NCBI RefSeq assembly: GCF_009914755.1
Contig: NC_060947.1
Length of the DNA stretch: 64,000 nt
Direction: 5' to 3' (one strand)
DNA from: the human T2T-CHM13v2.0 reference genome, Homo sapiens
Under the pieces are notes generated by a model. That model searched no databases. It was not told the origin of the DNA and worked only from the letters and a program-made list of their open reading frames with translations. Positions 14,971-30,710 of this stretch are shown here, in pieces. The first letter of the stretch is position 1. Each line of letters starts with the position of its first letter. The translations under genes were made by a program, and so were the position numbers.

Positions 14971-16679
14971 GATATGAGAGTCTACAAGGAGTCCCTTTAT
15001 CCATTAACCCCCCGGGTAATCCACCTATTGCATGTGTCAATAATGGTGATTTGAAATGATGCTAGGCCAGGTACAACCACACCTCACTCACCATGCCTTT
15101 TGAAGGCTGCCCCCACCTGCCAGTTAATGGAGGTGGCACATAAGGTACCAACCGTCGTAGGAATTAAAGGCCACCCATATAATCGTGCTTATACTCTGAC
15201 ATGAGGACATAGTCAATACTACAAAGGGGAAAAATAAGCAGAACTTTAGCCCACAGCTTAGGAAAAGGTTCCCAGCCCTTGATATTTAACAACCTCATCG
15301 GTAATTGCACTCCAGAAAATAGCACTACACGCTTTCACTGCAGCACAGACCACAGCCCAGAAATAAATTCAAGCTAAAAGAGTCATTTAGAAAACTGGAT
15401 ATTCTTTCAGGGTATTCACACAAGAATATCATAATTATGTGTTATATCTGTAGAGTATCTTTATTTCTCTAGTGTGTTCGCTGTGTTGTATTTCAATTAA
15501 ATATTAACCAATGAATCTTTCAGGAAATATAAAAAGATGATTCCCTAGGTAAATAACTTTAGTTTTTAAAAAAGAACACTTCTAAAAATTATTAATGCAA
15601 TGCATCAAAGTGAGCATTTGAAAACTAAACTCAGGCAGATGTCGACTGCAGCATTTAGCCCCCTTTCTGAGCATCACTAGGCCCCTCATGCCCAGAGCTA
15701 ATACGACCTCAAGAAAATGAAGCCAGTCTTTGACTCAGTGATTTAGAGGTGGTAGGGGAAGTTGGGAATAAATGCTAATGGTTTTCAGTCAAACCCAAAG
15801 CAAAACACAAGCCAGTCAAAGTAAATATTTTGTCTTACGCTTCCAGTTGACATTTGTACGTCAGGATAAGGCCTTACCCTGAAAAATAATTTTTTCAGTT
15901 AACAGCCCTTGCTTTAGTTTACCTTTTTGCGGGGAAAAAAACACATATATGCATACAAAGGAAATGAAGCATAAGACAAATGTTTCACAATAGTTCTATT
16001 TGATTTACCAGTTCCTTAGGCTAGTTGCTGGTTCATCTTAAATTCTAGTCCTCAGCACCCCACCCAGCCTCCACCACACACAACAGGCATCCTCCTCACA
16101 CATCTGAAGCTTTTCACATCAGTATTTCCTCCAGTATTTACCGCTATTCATCTCAACTCTTCTGTACAATTCACCTTTCAAGTAGGGCCAGTACCATAAA
16201 CCCTAATTTATAGAGCAATTTGCATTCAGTGTAACCGCTCTTCAGTTACAGCAAACAGGCAGAAAAAAGGTTTTTTGATCAATTTGTCAGTTGAAATCTG
16301 TTTATATCTTCCCTGTCAACTGTGGGAAAGCTGTATGTAAAGTACACAAATGTAATCATGTATATTTTCTGATGATTGTTTTGTGATATCTTTGACATTT
16401 GTTAAATCTTCCCCCCAAAATCCTGTTAGTTTATCTATAGAACAAGAAAGGGGCTAGTGTTGGGTGACATATCTGTTTCCATACAGGCCACGTTCTTTCT
16501 TAATTTCTCTACTGGTTTGTACTTGTTGAAGATAAGCATGTGTCCTGAACATTTATTATATGTTATACGTCCTGTAGATCTGCCTGAATTGTCACTGCTT
16601 GGAACTGTAAGCCTCAAAGGAACAAATTTTTTGGCCATTCCTGGCATGGTGGCAGATACACAGAGATCCTCAGTATGGC

Positions 16680-17150
16680 AGATTCTGTTGGTGCCCTATC
16701 TACACCCTCTTGCTGCTATTTGTTCTCTTAAACACTTATGGCTTTTGAGAAAAACCTTTGTGACTCCCTGCCTGAAGGTTCTGTCTAGCCACAGGAACAT
16801 GCTCTGTGTGCACGTGGGGCAGGCTGAAAGGGCCAAGAATCAACATCCCTCCTCCAGCGGCTGTCAACCAATGAAGGATGGAAGTGTTTGGATACATACC
16901 CCAGCTTCCTCACCTCTTAGGTGGGGCAACTCTGAAGCATGTTGTATACAATATCCCAGAGGTCCACATAATAGGACTGAGAGTCAGTCACCCACAAAGG
17001 TAACCCTATCGGTAACGTGCCTGTATTGGCTTCCTTCTCTTACCTATCTCACTTCCCACCTCTTTTCTCAGTGCATCCTGGAATCACCTCCCAAATAAAA
17101 TATTTATATTCATGTTTCACCTCAAAGTCAGCTTATGAGGGACCCCATCC
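16680..17150 (+). mobile_element. LTR16-like ERVL LTR
   Basis: Ends with 'cctggaatcacctcccaaataaaa...cacctcaaagtcagcttatgagggacccc'; accounts for most of the 213-aa ORF at 16457. Confidence 0.6.
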
Positions 17151-17188
17151 CACAACTAGTCAACAAATATTTTCAGTGATGTGCATAG

Positions 17189-17512
<324 letters not shown>

Positions 17513-18696
17513 TGCCCTACAAACTTGAAATACGAAAGGTCTCATATTTGGCAATGTGGCAACAAAAAAAATGACCTTGGAGCTTTGTCTTCAAAACACA
17601 CCACCAGTTCCCTTATAGAAAGTGTAGGCAGGCACCAAAATTTACTACATATTATTACTAATCAAAACACACTTTTGACCCACAGGCCAGTGAAGCAATT
17701 GATAATGAAAAACCTTGATGAAATTGGGGCCTGAGCCAGTGGAATTTAGTCAACTGCCCCATTCGACTCCCCGCCCTCACCACATCCCAGCACCCAACAC
17801 AGACATTGGTAATGCTGCCTAGACAAATGGTCCCAACTCCTCAAACCATGTATCAATTAATAGTCAGGAATTAACACAGAAGCAGAGGAGGCTCACATAA
17901 ACAACAATCCAAGATTCCAACCATTTCTGTGTGGGCATTTTGATGTTATTGAAACCACTGCATAGTCCTAAGGCCACATAACAGGAAAGCACACTGAGGC
18001 CATGAGGTGGCAGAGAGTGACCGCTTGACTGGATTCAGCACCAAGAACCCAGCTTGGAAGGGGACAGTCACTCAGAGTCCTCTGGGAAGCTGCCATTGGA
18101 ATTTGTCCCCAGCTACCGACCGCTCATGATGAAAAAAGAAGTGTCCTCCCTTGGGCTCATTCAACAAATATTACCAAGCCAGTTACGCACTGAGGATTCA
18201 ATGGTGAACAAAACAGACCCTATCCCACCTTTGCGGAGCTTACAGCTTAGTGTAGAAGACAGATATTAAGTAAGGAAATGCCCACAAAACAGTAAATGCC
18301 TACAAAGATGAAGGGTAAAGGGAAATCTAAACAATATGAGGAATAAGAAGTTCTCAGTGCAAAGGGAAAATATAAGGGGCAGGCCAGAAGAAATAGCACG
18401 TGTGAAGGCAGGGAATGTGAGATTTTAAAGGAACAAGAAAATTGGCTAAAAACCGTAACCAATATGGCTAAGGTCAGGAGAGAGAGAGAAAAGGCAGGGG
18501 GAGGACTTAGAACACTGTCTGACACATAGCTAGTGTACAATACACATTAGCTATTGAGGGACTCTTGAGAAAAGCCTGCCCTTCCTTAAATGAAACTCCA
18601 ACTTGGGGTAAATCTTCACAACTCCAATATTATGCTAGAAATGCTACTGCCTACTTGATGGTCATTAAGTAAATTAAAATTGTCCACTGATTTAAC

Positions 18697-19065
18697 AGTG
18701 GATCTCAAACCTAGCTTCTCATTAGAAATACATGGGGAGCTTTTTAAAAATACTGTTTCTTGTAAAGATTAGCCTCAACCATCCAGACTGAATGCAGGAG
18801 CAGATATGAGAATCCAGCTGTCTTCTATTAAGCCAAACATTAAAGAAATTTGGAGAAATATAAAATGATACCACTCTTTTCACGATTTATTTTTTATTTT
18901 GGAAAACATATTTTAAAATAAATATTTATGTTAATATGTTAAAAAATACTGCTTCTTTGACATCCCCTCTCCACCCAACCAACTAAATCAGAAACCTTAG
19001 GAGATGGAGCCTGAGTATTTAAATTTCCCCAGCTGCTCTTACATGCGGCCAGCTTTGAGAACCAG
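18697..19065. mobile_element. MER5-like element interrupted by a Charlie-type fragment
   Basis: MER5 halves 'cagtggatctcaaacctagc...aaaaatactgtttct' and 'aaaaatactgcttct...ttgagaacca' flank 'agcagatatgagaatccagctgtcttctattaagcc'. Confidence 0.5.
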
Positions 19066-19158
19066 GACAACATTTCAACATGAACTAGTTTATTAGTGAA
19101 CAGCTAGCCAGCCTGTCACTAAGCCAGGCCCCAGCTGGGATACAAGAAAGGTAAATTA

Positions 19159-19515
<357 letters not shown>

Positions 19516-20109
19516 TTAAGTCTGGATGAGTTTACTGAGAGCCTGCTCTAGGGTAGACACTTTTCATTCACTGTGTTATTTGGTCTCCAAAAATTCTATA
19601 ACGCAATTTCATCCCATTTCATAGACAGCAAACAATTGGTATCCAGAGAAGCAGGTTTTCTAGATCATACAACAAACAAACGGGGGAAGCAGGATTTAAG
19701 AGCTAGTCGTTTTGCATTCCAAACCCTACCCTCTATCTGCTACCTCATAGAGCTTTCTAAGAAAGTGGTGAATGGTTGCAGCCCTTGGGAACTTAAAAAA
19801 AAAAAAAGGAAATTAGAGACTGAAAAAGTGGTGGGATTGAGAAGGCTCCAAGGGAGAAGTATCAGAGGACATAAGACAGACTTCACATAACCTGACATTT
19901 TCCCCACAGACAGAGCTGCTAGGTATGGCAGACCTCTGGGTACCCATCGCTCACCCAGAAACTTCTCCCCACGTTGCTGGGGAGTCATCCTTGATACCTT
20001 GCTTTCTTTTATGTCCCACATCTAATTCATCAGTAAGTGCTATTCTATGCCTCTAAACCATCTCCAGAATCTGACCACTTCTCAATATACGCACAGCTAC
20101 AACCCTCGT

Positions 20110-20470
20110 CTTACAGACTAAATGTTTGTCCCCACCCCCAAATTCACGTGTTGAAGCCCTTTCCCCCCAATGTGATGGTATTAGGAGGTGGGGCCTCTGG
20201 GAGGTGACTAGGTTTTGATGAGGTTTTGAAGGTGGGAACCTCATGATGGGATGAGTGTCCTTATAAGGAGAGGAAGAGACCTCAGAGCCCTCTCTCTCTC
20301 TCCATCAGGTGAGGAGTCAATGAGAAGGTGGCCATCTGCAAACCAGGAACTGAATCTGCCAGCACCTTGATTTTAGACCTCTCAGCCTCTAGAACTGTGA
20401 GAAATGAATGTCTATCGTTACGCCACCAAAAATATGGTATTTTGTTATAGCAGTCCGAGTTGACTAGGAC
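20110..20470 (+). mobile_element. MLT1A-type LTR inserted into an L2 fragment (~19950-20950)
   Basis: 'ccccaaattcacgtgttgaagccc...gtgatggtattaggaggtggggcc...tatggtattttgttatagcag'; L2-like sequence on both sides. Confidence 0.8.
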
Positions 20471-21685
20471 ACCCAGTCCAAGTCACCGCAAGTCCTCATT
20501 GGGCTGACTATCTTCGCCTCCCTTGTACTCTTGCTCCCAGACAGTCTCTCCTCACACAGCGGCAAGAGTTATCAAGGGAAAAAGAAATCAGAGCATGCTG
20601 ATCAAGCAGGCTGCTTCTCTTCAAACCTTCTAACAACTTCCCATTTCAACCAGACCAAAATCCCTACTCCTCCGTGGCCCTCTGAGCTCTGGGACTGCCT
20701 ATTTCTCCAGCTCCGTCACCTGCCGTGTTCCCTCTCATGCACACTGGCCTTCTCCCATCCCTCACCATTTGCTGCTATGTCGGGGCATTCCTACACTCCA
20801 TTCTCTCTAACTGGAGTGCTTTCACCCAGATCTTTGCATGGCAGCCTGCTTTTCATTTTGCTCTCAACTCCAACTTCACCTCCCCAGAGAGGCCTTGCCT
20901 GACCATCATAGCTAAAAGAGACCCCCTTCCTCTCCTTGCTAGTCATGTGCTAGACACTCAATAATCACTTGCTTACTGGTAGGCATGCTTTTTCAAAAGT
21001 GTAACTAACTGCATCCATGGCCAGAAGGATTGTGATTCTTTAGTTGGAAATTCTATTCATCACACCCTGACATGCTCTTCAGCCTTGAACCCATGGCTAG
21101 TTCTCTTTTCTGTTCGCAAAATGAGAATAATGATTAACATGAGTCTTGAGGCGACCTTCTGACCGAGGGCTCGATGTGGGTTAGTAATTAGACTCCCAGT
21201 GCCATATCCAGAAAGAGGGAGAACCCAGAGCCAAATCCTTTTCTTGCGCCTTTTCCTTTGCATTTGATGTTGGCTTTTCATTTAGAAGATTCAGGGAGGA
21301 GGCAAATAAATATTACATTGGCTGACACTGTGTGAATGCTCATCACATCCAGTCAGGGCAGAAAGGCTGGAAGCAAACCATTACGAGAAACCCTCATAGG
21401 CTTGGACCAGACTCTAAGTCCATTAATCTCCTGCAAGATAACCAAGTCCACTGTCAATAAAAAATTAACGACACCATTTCCTGAGCTTGGCACTATCTAA
21501 GAGTCCAAACAGACCCAGGAAATGGAGTGTAGCTTCTACTCCAGATCCTTCATGAAAAAAAGGGATATTGCCCAGGACAAATGACAGAGCTGCCTCCATG
21601 GTGAGTGTCCAGTCTTCTGCCTGCCCTCCCTAATTGCAACACTGATCTGCTGTTATATAGTCCCCTCTTTTCTCCTCTCTGTAGC

Positions 21686-22197
21686 CAGAAGCTCTAAACT
21701 TGTAGACCCTCATGAGGCCTGTGCGTAGAATTCAGGAGTCTCTAACTTGGATGGGAAACTTTTACTTTTGTTCCCTCTAATCTCTAACTGAAATGTGGCA
21801 TTTCCTTTAAATCAACGTAGGTAACAAACTGCAGCACCACTAGCAGTGCCTGTGACTTTGTCGCCAATAAAATTCAGTTATTTTCATATCACATTTCAGT
21901 TGTTGCAGATATCTCAAAATCCTGTTAACACTCACACTACTTCAAAAGTACTGAAGTTATTACAACTGTTGTTACATCTTGTTATTAACATGTTAATAAA
22001 GAAGCACCTGTATTACTGTTTCACAAACCTGTTTTTAAAATATATTTTGGTAGCTGTATTTTGATATGATTGATTTCCTTTGTTATCCAGTATATTTTAT
22101 ATTATGCTTTTAAAAACACTTCCTGAGAGGGAATTCATAGGCTTCACCAACCTTCCAAAGCTGTGCCTGGCACCAGAAAGACTAAGAATACCTGCCC
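21686..22197 (+). mobile_element. hAT-Charlie element (Charlie4a-like)
   Basis: 'aacttggatgggaaa...cctgtgactttgtcgccaata...gttgttgcagatatctc...ttaataaagaagcac'; ~510 bp. Confidence 0.6.
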
Positions 22198-22457
22198 TAG
22201 TTCCCACCTTTGGTCACATGGCAAAGTGGCCAAGTCTTCTCACTGATGTACAAGAGAAGTTTCCATCTGAGGCAACTTGCAATTCAGACAAGGTTTGTCG
22301 TCTAACCTGTCTCCACGCGACGCCCCACTCTGCCCTGCCTCACTGTCCCTAGCAGTGTTTCTTAGCTTTTGTAGGCCATGCTGCCCTTTAATAAACATTT
22401 ATGCCCACCTTTAATGCTCTCTGAAATGCAAAATCAACACTGTGATTAAAAACCACT

Positions 22458-22715
22458 CAATAGTCAGAAAGAATGAATAAGACCTACTATTTGATAACAC
22501 AACACGGTGACTATACTCAATACTAACTGTACATTTTAAAATAACTTAAAGAGTGTAATTGGATTGTTGGCAACTCAATGGATAAATGCTTGAGGGGATG
22601 GATACCCCATTTTTCATGATGTGCTTATTTCACATAGCGTGCCTGTATCAAAACATCTCCTGTACTCCATAAATATATATACCTACTATGTACCCACAAA
22701 TTTTTCTTTTAATTA
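22458..22715 (+). mobile_element. 5'-truncated L1MA-type 3' end
   Basis: 'gaaagaatgaataagacctactatttgata...ggataaatgcttgaggggatggatacccc...acctactatgtacccacaaa'; candidate TSD ATTAAAAA(A)CCACT at ~22445 and ~22715. Confidence 0.8.
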
Positions 22716-22820
22716 TTAAAAAACCACTAAGTAGGGCAAAGTATTTCTTTATGTTAAATCCCCACATGTCAACTTCACCAGAAATTTCGATTCCCCAATC
22801 TCACTAGCAACTGTGGCTGA

Positions 22821-23140
<320 letters not shown>

Positions 23141-24019
23141 TGAATGAATCACTTCTAAATGAATTCTACTGAGAGGACAGTAGAAACCACTCGTGTTCTT
23201 GGTTACCTCCTAGGTATTTACCTGACTAACTGTCCCATTCCTACCAGTATCCCAGGCTAGGATGGGTTGACTTCTATTCCTAGACTGAGATGTAAGGATG
23301 AGGGTCTAGATTGGCATGGGGTGGGCAATTTCCCTTTCTCTTTTAGTTCTGAGATAACAAGCATGGCGTTTCTGGAAAACAAGTTTACCAAGACACTAAA
23401 GGGAAAGGCAGAAACCATGTAGAAAATACAGAAGTCTGAAATCAAGCTTGTCTTCAGAGAACAGATTTCTTATCCCAGGGTGACTCCAGTCTGGCTTAAC
23501 ACTGGCCTGGCACTCATCACTGGGCACTCAAGCCCCTGTTATTTTCTTCCTCTCTAACTGGGATGTGAGACTTGGCAACTCTAAACCCTATCCAGAGGGA
23601 GTTCACGGTTGGCACAGCTGCTAGGCCTGGCAGGAATCTCAGGCCCTTCCAATGTCAGCTTCCTGAATTCTCTCCAGGTGTGGGCAGGGTGAGAAGAAAA
23701 GAGGCCAATGGTAAAATCCGAGAAAAAGCTAACATATGAGAGGCAGGGAGAGGATATGGATCCACGGAAGGGATAGAGAAAGAACGATAGTGGAGAAGAG
23801 CTACCCCAAAGAATCATGAAATGAGCACCGTGTGTGGGCCCAGCTGAGTGGCCTTCTCTTTGGCTCCCCCTTGAGGGCACCTCCTGGTACTGCACCTAGC
23901 CCCGGACCCCCAGCCTAGGCCACAAGTAACCCTGGCACCCCTACGAGACAAACATACACAAACACACATACACGCACACACATTCCTGCCTGGTCCTCCA
24001 AACACTCATTTCCAACCTC

Positions 24020-24432
24020 CTTCTCCCTTCTCTGAGAAGCTGAAAAAGCTAATCTTCTCCCAATGTCTCTTGAGTGTAGGAGTGGCCATGTGCTACCAGT
24101 CTGACCACTCAGATATAAAAGGAAATTTACTGGAGTGGTACTGGAGAAAATATTACGTTTCCTTATTAAAGGAACAGACACAACTTTCCCCTTCCCTCAT
24201 GTCTTAAATACAGACCTGATGTGTCTAGAACTGTAACAGTTATATTTTGAACAGAGGCAATGACCGTGGTGGGAAGGCCACAGGGATGGCAGGGATGCCA
24301 GCCCTGACATTTTTGAGCCATTGAACCAATACCACCAGACATTGGGCTATGCAGGGAAAGGCAATCCTTTTTTGTTAAAGCAATTCTTAGTTAGGTTTCA
24401 TTACTTGCAGACAAAAGCATTCCTAACTCATA
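24020..24432 (+). mobile_element. Old MLT1 (I/J-like) LTR remnant
   Basis: Ends 'ttacttgcagacaaaagcattcctaactcata'. Confidence 0.55.
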
Positions 24433-26543
24433 TACCAGAATAGTCCTTTCATACCAATATCTCTTCATCAACTCAAAGTAGCCAACTACCCGCTTCCCAT
24501 ACCCATCTTCTATGAGATACCTCTCCATAGCAACCCCTTAACACACACACATACTGCTGACTCAGGTGACACCATTTAGACAGCAATACTAACTATCAGA
24601 TTCAATGTCAAGCCCTTCTCTTCTGGCTAATTATATCTTGCTCTGACCATACTAGACCCCAAGCTTGTCTCATAACCAGAACTCCCTACAGAGAGTATCC
24701 ACAATGCACAGGCACCACGCAGCAAGGTCTGTGAAGTTTCTGGCATCAACTTTCACAGTGTATCTCAAGTCCCACTCCTCCATGAAGTCCCCCTTCATCA
24801 CCCCGACATGAGGTGACCTCCCCCATCTTTGAATGCCACTTATGCCTGCACCCCTCTGTCAGAGATGAACACTTATGGCACTGGCATACATTGGTCTTAG
24901 TTATCTTCCACCTCCAGGCAGCCTCCATGTTCCCTCTCAGTCTGAGTTAGATACCCCTAATACCAACTCTTATAATGCCCTGTGCTTCCCTCTACTAAAG
25001 TCTTTACCAAACTTCTGCCACCTTCTGTCAACTTCTCTACATCCTCCAGTAAACTATAACCTTCTTGAGATAAGGATGGATGGTGGCTTACTTAGCATGT
25101 ATATCAGTCCTTAAGTTGGGCCTGGAACGTATTAGTTGCTTTAAAAATATATTTGTGAAATGAATGAAGAATATTAACTCCCCACCAAGATATCAAGCTC
25201 CTTGAGAACAGGAATCTGGACTTGTGCCTCCTTGCATCCCCTAAGTGATGCACACAGTGGGCTTATAATAAATATTTAGTCAGTGATTTGTATAAAGAGG
25301 AAACCATGTTTTACTTCAATAACTTTCACTCGACACCTAAGGAACATGATTTTGTTTGTATATACCATATAAAAACATCCAATCATTAAATATGTATTTA
25401 TAAACATATACAACACGTAGTCAAGAGTGTCAAATGGAAGCTTGGCCTGACAATTTTCTCCCACCAAATTGCTCGATGGTTTGACTTGACCCTACAATTG
25501 GTCCTGCATCACACAGACATAGCCTCTATGATTTTCTTATTAGATCGTTGCAAGAAAAATCAGCAGTAATTAAAAGGAGTCACTTCTGAAGAAGCTATTA
25601 AATGAAGGAGAGCAAGATGGGGGTGGTCATTACCACAGGTAAGAGCAAGGTGCCTTCTGAGGATAGCGTAATACTGATACATATATCCTGTGACATTACT
25701 CGCAAAAAGTCTACAGTCTACCAGGACACTGCTGGTGATTTTCTCAAGAAAGAGAGAGCCTTGCAAAGTGCAATCCATCACTTACAGCAAAGGCTGATCA
25801 CTCAGACATGATGATGCTAACTAACCTAGGTGTTTAGGATACTTAAAAGGATGACTTGGGTCTCCTTTTTTCCAGGTGGGAAACAATAGCCAAGTGATTC
25901 TCCCAAATCCAAATACAAAGTCACGTTAGGGTAAGGATGGGATGGAGATGGCCATAGTGCTGGTGGGGCAAAAGGATGTGGCAGTTAAGCTGGGAAACTA
26001 GGGCACATGTTTTCAAATAAAGGAGAAGGGAAGATTCTGAGAGGGCATCTGTTAAGTTAAGAAAATGAAAATTCTTGCGAGGTGGGGAAAATACCTCCTG
26101 TAGCAGAGAGCAGTTTTATACAAAGTAAAAGAAAATACCTGTGGGTCTTCTGACACAAAACTTCAAGTTGGACTGGAAAATATGTGAACACCCAAAGTAT
26201 GAATATTATCATATTATAATCTTCAAGCCTAGAAGAGACCTAAAGCACCCTCAAAAAACTGTGACAGTTTTGCCAAAGTTTGAGTTTCTCTCAGACCCCA
26301 AATATTAAAGCAACTTTTAGTCCCATTCCTCTGAAATGTGGAGAAGAGGTATCAGAGGGCATTAAGTAAAAAAATAGAATTATATGTTCCTGGCATACAC
26401 TTGACAGCAGATTTATACAAAACTGATTAGTCTTTCTACTTTGCCCTTACCTCCACCCCAAAACATCCAATCAAAAGTGACTTTTGCCAGAGATCACGGA
26501 GACTGCTGGGCCTCTGTGAAGGTGTTATTGATCTCTTACCAGA

Positions 26544-27067
26544 TGTTATGGGTTGAATTACATTAAAAATTTATATTTATAAATCTATGTCCCCCCAAAA
26601 ATTTCTATATTGAACTCCTTACCCCCAGTACCTCAGAATATGACTTTATTTGGAAATATGACCTTATTTGGTTCATCACAGATGTAATTCGTTAAGATGA
26701 GGTCATACTGGAGTAGGGTGGGCCCCTAATCCAATATGACTGGTGTCCTCAAAAAAAAGGGTAAATTTGGACATAGACAGGCACACAGGGAGAACCTCAT
26801 GTGAACATCTAGGCAGAGATCAGGATAATGAATCTACAAGCCAGGGAAAGCCAAAGCTCGCCAACAAACCACAAGAAGATAAGCAAGTAGCATGGAACAG
26901 ATTCTTCCTCTCAGTCCTCAGAAAGAACCAACCCTACCCACACCTTGATCTCGGACTTCCAGCCTCCAGTACTGTGAGATGATCAATTTCCTTTTTTTTT
27001 TTTTTTTTTTTTTTTAAGCCACCTAGTTTTTGGTATTTTGTTATGGCAGTCCTAGGAAACTAGCACA
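26544..27067 (+). mobile_element. MLT1B/C LTR
   Basis: 'tgttatgggttgaatt...gatgaggtcatactggagtagggtgggccc...ttgttatggcagtcctaggaaactagcaca'; internal poly-T expansion. Confidence 0.85.
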
Positions 27068-28629
27068 ACAGATTAACAACCAAGATCTTCAATGTTTGTA
27101 TTGCCACGGGCTCTCTTCCACAGATAATTTTACCACCGCTGAAGAATTACCACTGCCCTGGTTTCCAGAGTTATCTTCTTTAAGTTACCTTCTCATAACA
27201 TCATGTTGGAAACTTCAAGTATGTATAATCAAATTTATTTTAACAAAAGCTGCTTTTTGCTTATAGCCCCTTCTTATGTATGTACTTCTGTTCCATGGTT
27301 GGGAAAATCTGTGTTTACTAATTTCTAAGATGAGATTGATACGAAGCCATCTGTTAAATGGGAAATATTCCTGTATATATGAGATAGTCAACAAATATGG
27401 TTCCAATTAATGATTTTCAATTAGTATTTAAATATTTACTTGGACTGTGCCCATATGATGTCAAAATAACTGATTTGCATGTGAATATTCCATTCAAATA
27501 GCTGTTTGTCTACGTAACACTAAATAATGTGGCTGATTGTTGTTCTATTAAAAGACTGACTGGATTGACCAGTGGTTTTTGGCATCATAAAGCATAGCCT
27601 AGATTCCATTATGAATACCAGGAGACCAAGCCAGAGAAATAAAAAGGTTTTTCTTTTCTTGAAACTCCCAAGGACTATTAATAATGAAATATTACAGTGG
27701 AGGGGATGTTTCACTTAGGAAGTATCACTTAATAATATTAGTTAATAGTCCTTCCTGTGGGATTTTGTCACTACCTTATTTCATCTTTATTGTTCCATAG
27801 GGAAGTTCATTTCCGTGGCTTAGGTGATACTAACTGCTTTATAGAGACGAAAGTGTTATCTCTCCAGATGAGGCAAACTAAACAGTATGCCTACCAGACT
27901 GATAATAAATAGGGAGGCAAAGAGGTAGGGAAAGGGTCATGAACACGTTTGTTCTCATTTTCCTCTTTTTCCCACTCCCTACTTTTTCTCATCATGCACT
28001 GCCCACAGTGATGGGGACTGGATGGATAGATGTAGGGTGAAACCAAAAGAAGTAAATTGGGAAGAGTAGTTTGAACTGCAGAAAGAGGATGACATGAATT
28101 GGACAAGCTTCCAAGGGGGTCCAAACCAGACCCATGATTGTAACTCAGACATTGGCCTTCTGCCTACATCAAAGCCATAACAGTGGGCGTGTTATATAAA
28201 TCTTTGTGGTCTTCTCACAACTTTCTCTGAGTCTTCCACTTCCTTTTTGCCTCCACCTCCTTTCTTTCCCCTTCTGACTATGAGTGGTCCCTAGAATCCA
28301 ACTTTACTCCTTCATTAGAGATTCTATAGATGTGAGGTGCCACAGCAAGATGTGGACATGTGAATCTGAAATTCAGGATCCCTAAACAAATAGCTTCTCA
28401 TATCTATCTAAGTAATACACTGGTCTAATCCAATACACTTTCTAGACAATCTCACTAATTCTTATTAGGATAGTATGGGGATTTTCAAGTAACATTTTAA
28501 GATATTTTTTAAATGATTTTTACAAGAAAGAGAATTTAAAGATATATCAAGAATGAGATTGCAAAGGTTTGTGAAATTAACATCTAGTAATAAGTAGAGA
28601 AAAATTTAGAATATATAATGATATAACAG

Positions 28630-28830
28630 CAAAAACATAGCTAGTGGGAATGTATGATGGTTCAGGTACTTTTGAAAACAGTTTGGCAGTTTCTTAAGAT
28701 GTTAAGCATGGAGTTATGAAATGACCCAGCAATTCCACTCCTAGGTATATATCCAAAAGAAATGTGGACTTATGTCCACATAAAATGTTATTCACAAATG
28801 TTCATACCAGCATCATTTATAATAGGACTA
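28630..28830 (+). mobile_element. Old L1M fragment
   Basis: 'ttgaaaacagtttggcagtttctt...atgacccagcaattccactcctaggtatatatccaaaagaa'. Confidence 0.7.
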
Positions 28831-28969
28831 AAAATACGTCATTAAAATGGTCTCATATTTATAGTGCCCTGGCAACGGGGCAATGAAAGAATGAGTGTCT
28901 AATACTATAAAATGTTGGTCCTATTTTCTTCAATGTGATTGCTAACTGTGTAAATTAAAGCAAGCAAGC

Positions 28970-28970
<1 letters not shown>

Positions 28971-29009
<39 letters not shown>
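28971..29009. repeat. (TG)19 microsatellite
   Basis: Direct read. Confidence 0.95.
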
Positions 29010-29011
<2 letters not shown>

Positions 29012-30244
29012 CCTAACAGAAGTATAAGATGCCATCAGGTAATAATAGGGGCCTTGTGTATGGAGTGCATGGTGTTTGGTCACCTTCAGGGATGGATTCT
29101 AGCAGGTCATCAGAATGAAAATCCCCAATCCCCAGCTCTGCATTATAAAGATAAAAAGAATTGAGATGAACCAAAGACAGGAGGTTTTCCAGAGACTCTC
29201 ACCCACGAAAGCCAATCATTTCCTCCCCCTCCTCCTTCTTCTTCTTCCAGATTTACCTCCTTTCCTTCTTCAGATGAAGTTGTCTCACGCAAGCAACTGG
29301 TCCTAAAATCTAACTCAATTATTTGAGAAGGAAGGACATTTATTAACCCACATGAATCTCTACACTGTGGATTTCATCTAATGGATCGTAGCCTCTACCT
29401 TGTGGACTCTCCAGACCATTTTCCAGGATGCTGGTCCCCATTGTCCAGCTCTCATTCCCAAAATATCATAATCACCCTCTATTTGTCATAGTCTAGAGCT
29501 TAACACAGTCCACCTTTTTTCCTTCCTCACTCTGATAAGAAATTCTGTTCTTCAGTGGAATTTGGTAAAAATAAAAAATAAACTAATACTTCTGGGGTTG
29601 GATATGGTTTGGCATGGCTATTTGGAATGACATTATGTCATCAGAAATCACGATGCAGTATCTTAGCTCCATTCTTCAATAATCCAAGTCCTGCCAATTC
29701 TATCTCCCTAAAAACATATCAACTCTTCCCTTTGTCTCCATCCCACTGGCCTCTACCTTGCTTCAGGCCCTAATCCTTTCTTGTCATAGCTATTATCATG
29801 ACCTCCTAATTGGTCTCTTAGCCTCTAGTCTTGTTTTCCCTTATCCACCTCCTATGTGGCCACCAGATTTGTAAAACATAAACAAACATAAACCCGGCCA
29901 TAAACACTCTTTAAAGCCCTGAAATGGCTCCCTGTCATCTCCAGAATAAAAACCCAGCTCTTTATTTGAACTTATAAGTTCCTTTTTAACCTAGTTCCTG
30001 TATACTTTTCCAAACTATTGCCTATCCATCCTGAGCTATTCATATTTCCGAAAACAAGCTAAGCCCTTTATCCCATCCTTATAATTTCGAATGTTATTCC
30101 CGCTGCCTGGAATATTCTTTCTCTCCATAGGTGGGTTAGCTAACTCTTTTACTTAACAGCTTTACTGAAATATAGTTTACATACCAGCACATTTATTAGG
30201 CTTAACTAACTGCTAACCTTTGAGACTCCATTTGGATGTCATCT

Positions 30245-30710
30245 CCTGTGTTTGGTTGGGTTCCACTAAAGACAGATCCTGAAATAAATATGTGGAAGCA
30301 AGAGGTTTATTTCAGAGAAGATTCCCAGAAAGCAGAGTAACGGAATGGAGAAAGGAGACAGAGAAGAGAGAAAAGTTTATAAAGGGTGTGTTAATGAGCA
30401 TGAGTGTGTTATTGCTGTGGACAATGAGGGCTCCACTCCATTGGAATTCTTGGAGAGCCTGTGAGAAACACATCTCTGAGTTGTCCCACTGCAAGGCAAA
30501 GAAGCCTGGGTATTTATCCTATCCCTCATTAATTTAAGGTCATTTCTAGAGGTGTTAGCTCTCTGGCATTTCTAGTGTGTCTCATGGGCAGGAAACAGCT
30601 CAGACAGAGAGAGGCAGGAAGACTTCGGTGTAAATGGAAACTACCTAGAATGAACTTCTGGGGGTGGGGGGAGGGGATAAGGATGGAGCACCAGATGGCA
30701 TCTGTGCACA
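30245..30710 (-). mobile_element. LTR16-like ERVL LTR remnant
   Basis: 'ggttgggttccact...gaggtttatttcagagaagattcccagaaagca' is the reverse of an LTR16-type 3' end. Confidence 0.5.

Noticed and set aside
16457-17098. 213-aa ORF
   Set aside because: Non-ATG start, no recognisable protein, largely within an LTR16-like remnant
18033-18053. REST/RE1-like TTCAGCACC
   Set aside because: Left half-site only; the GGACAG right half is absent
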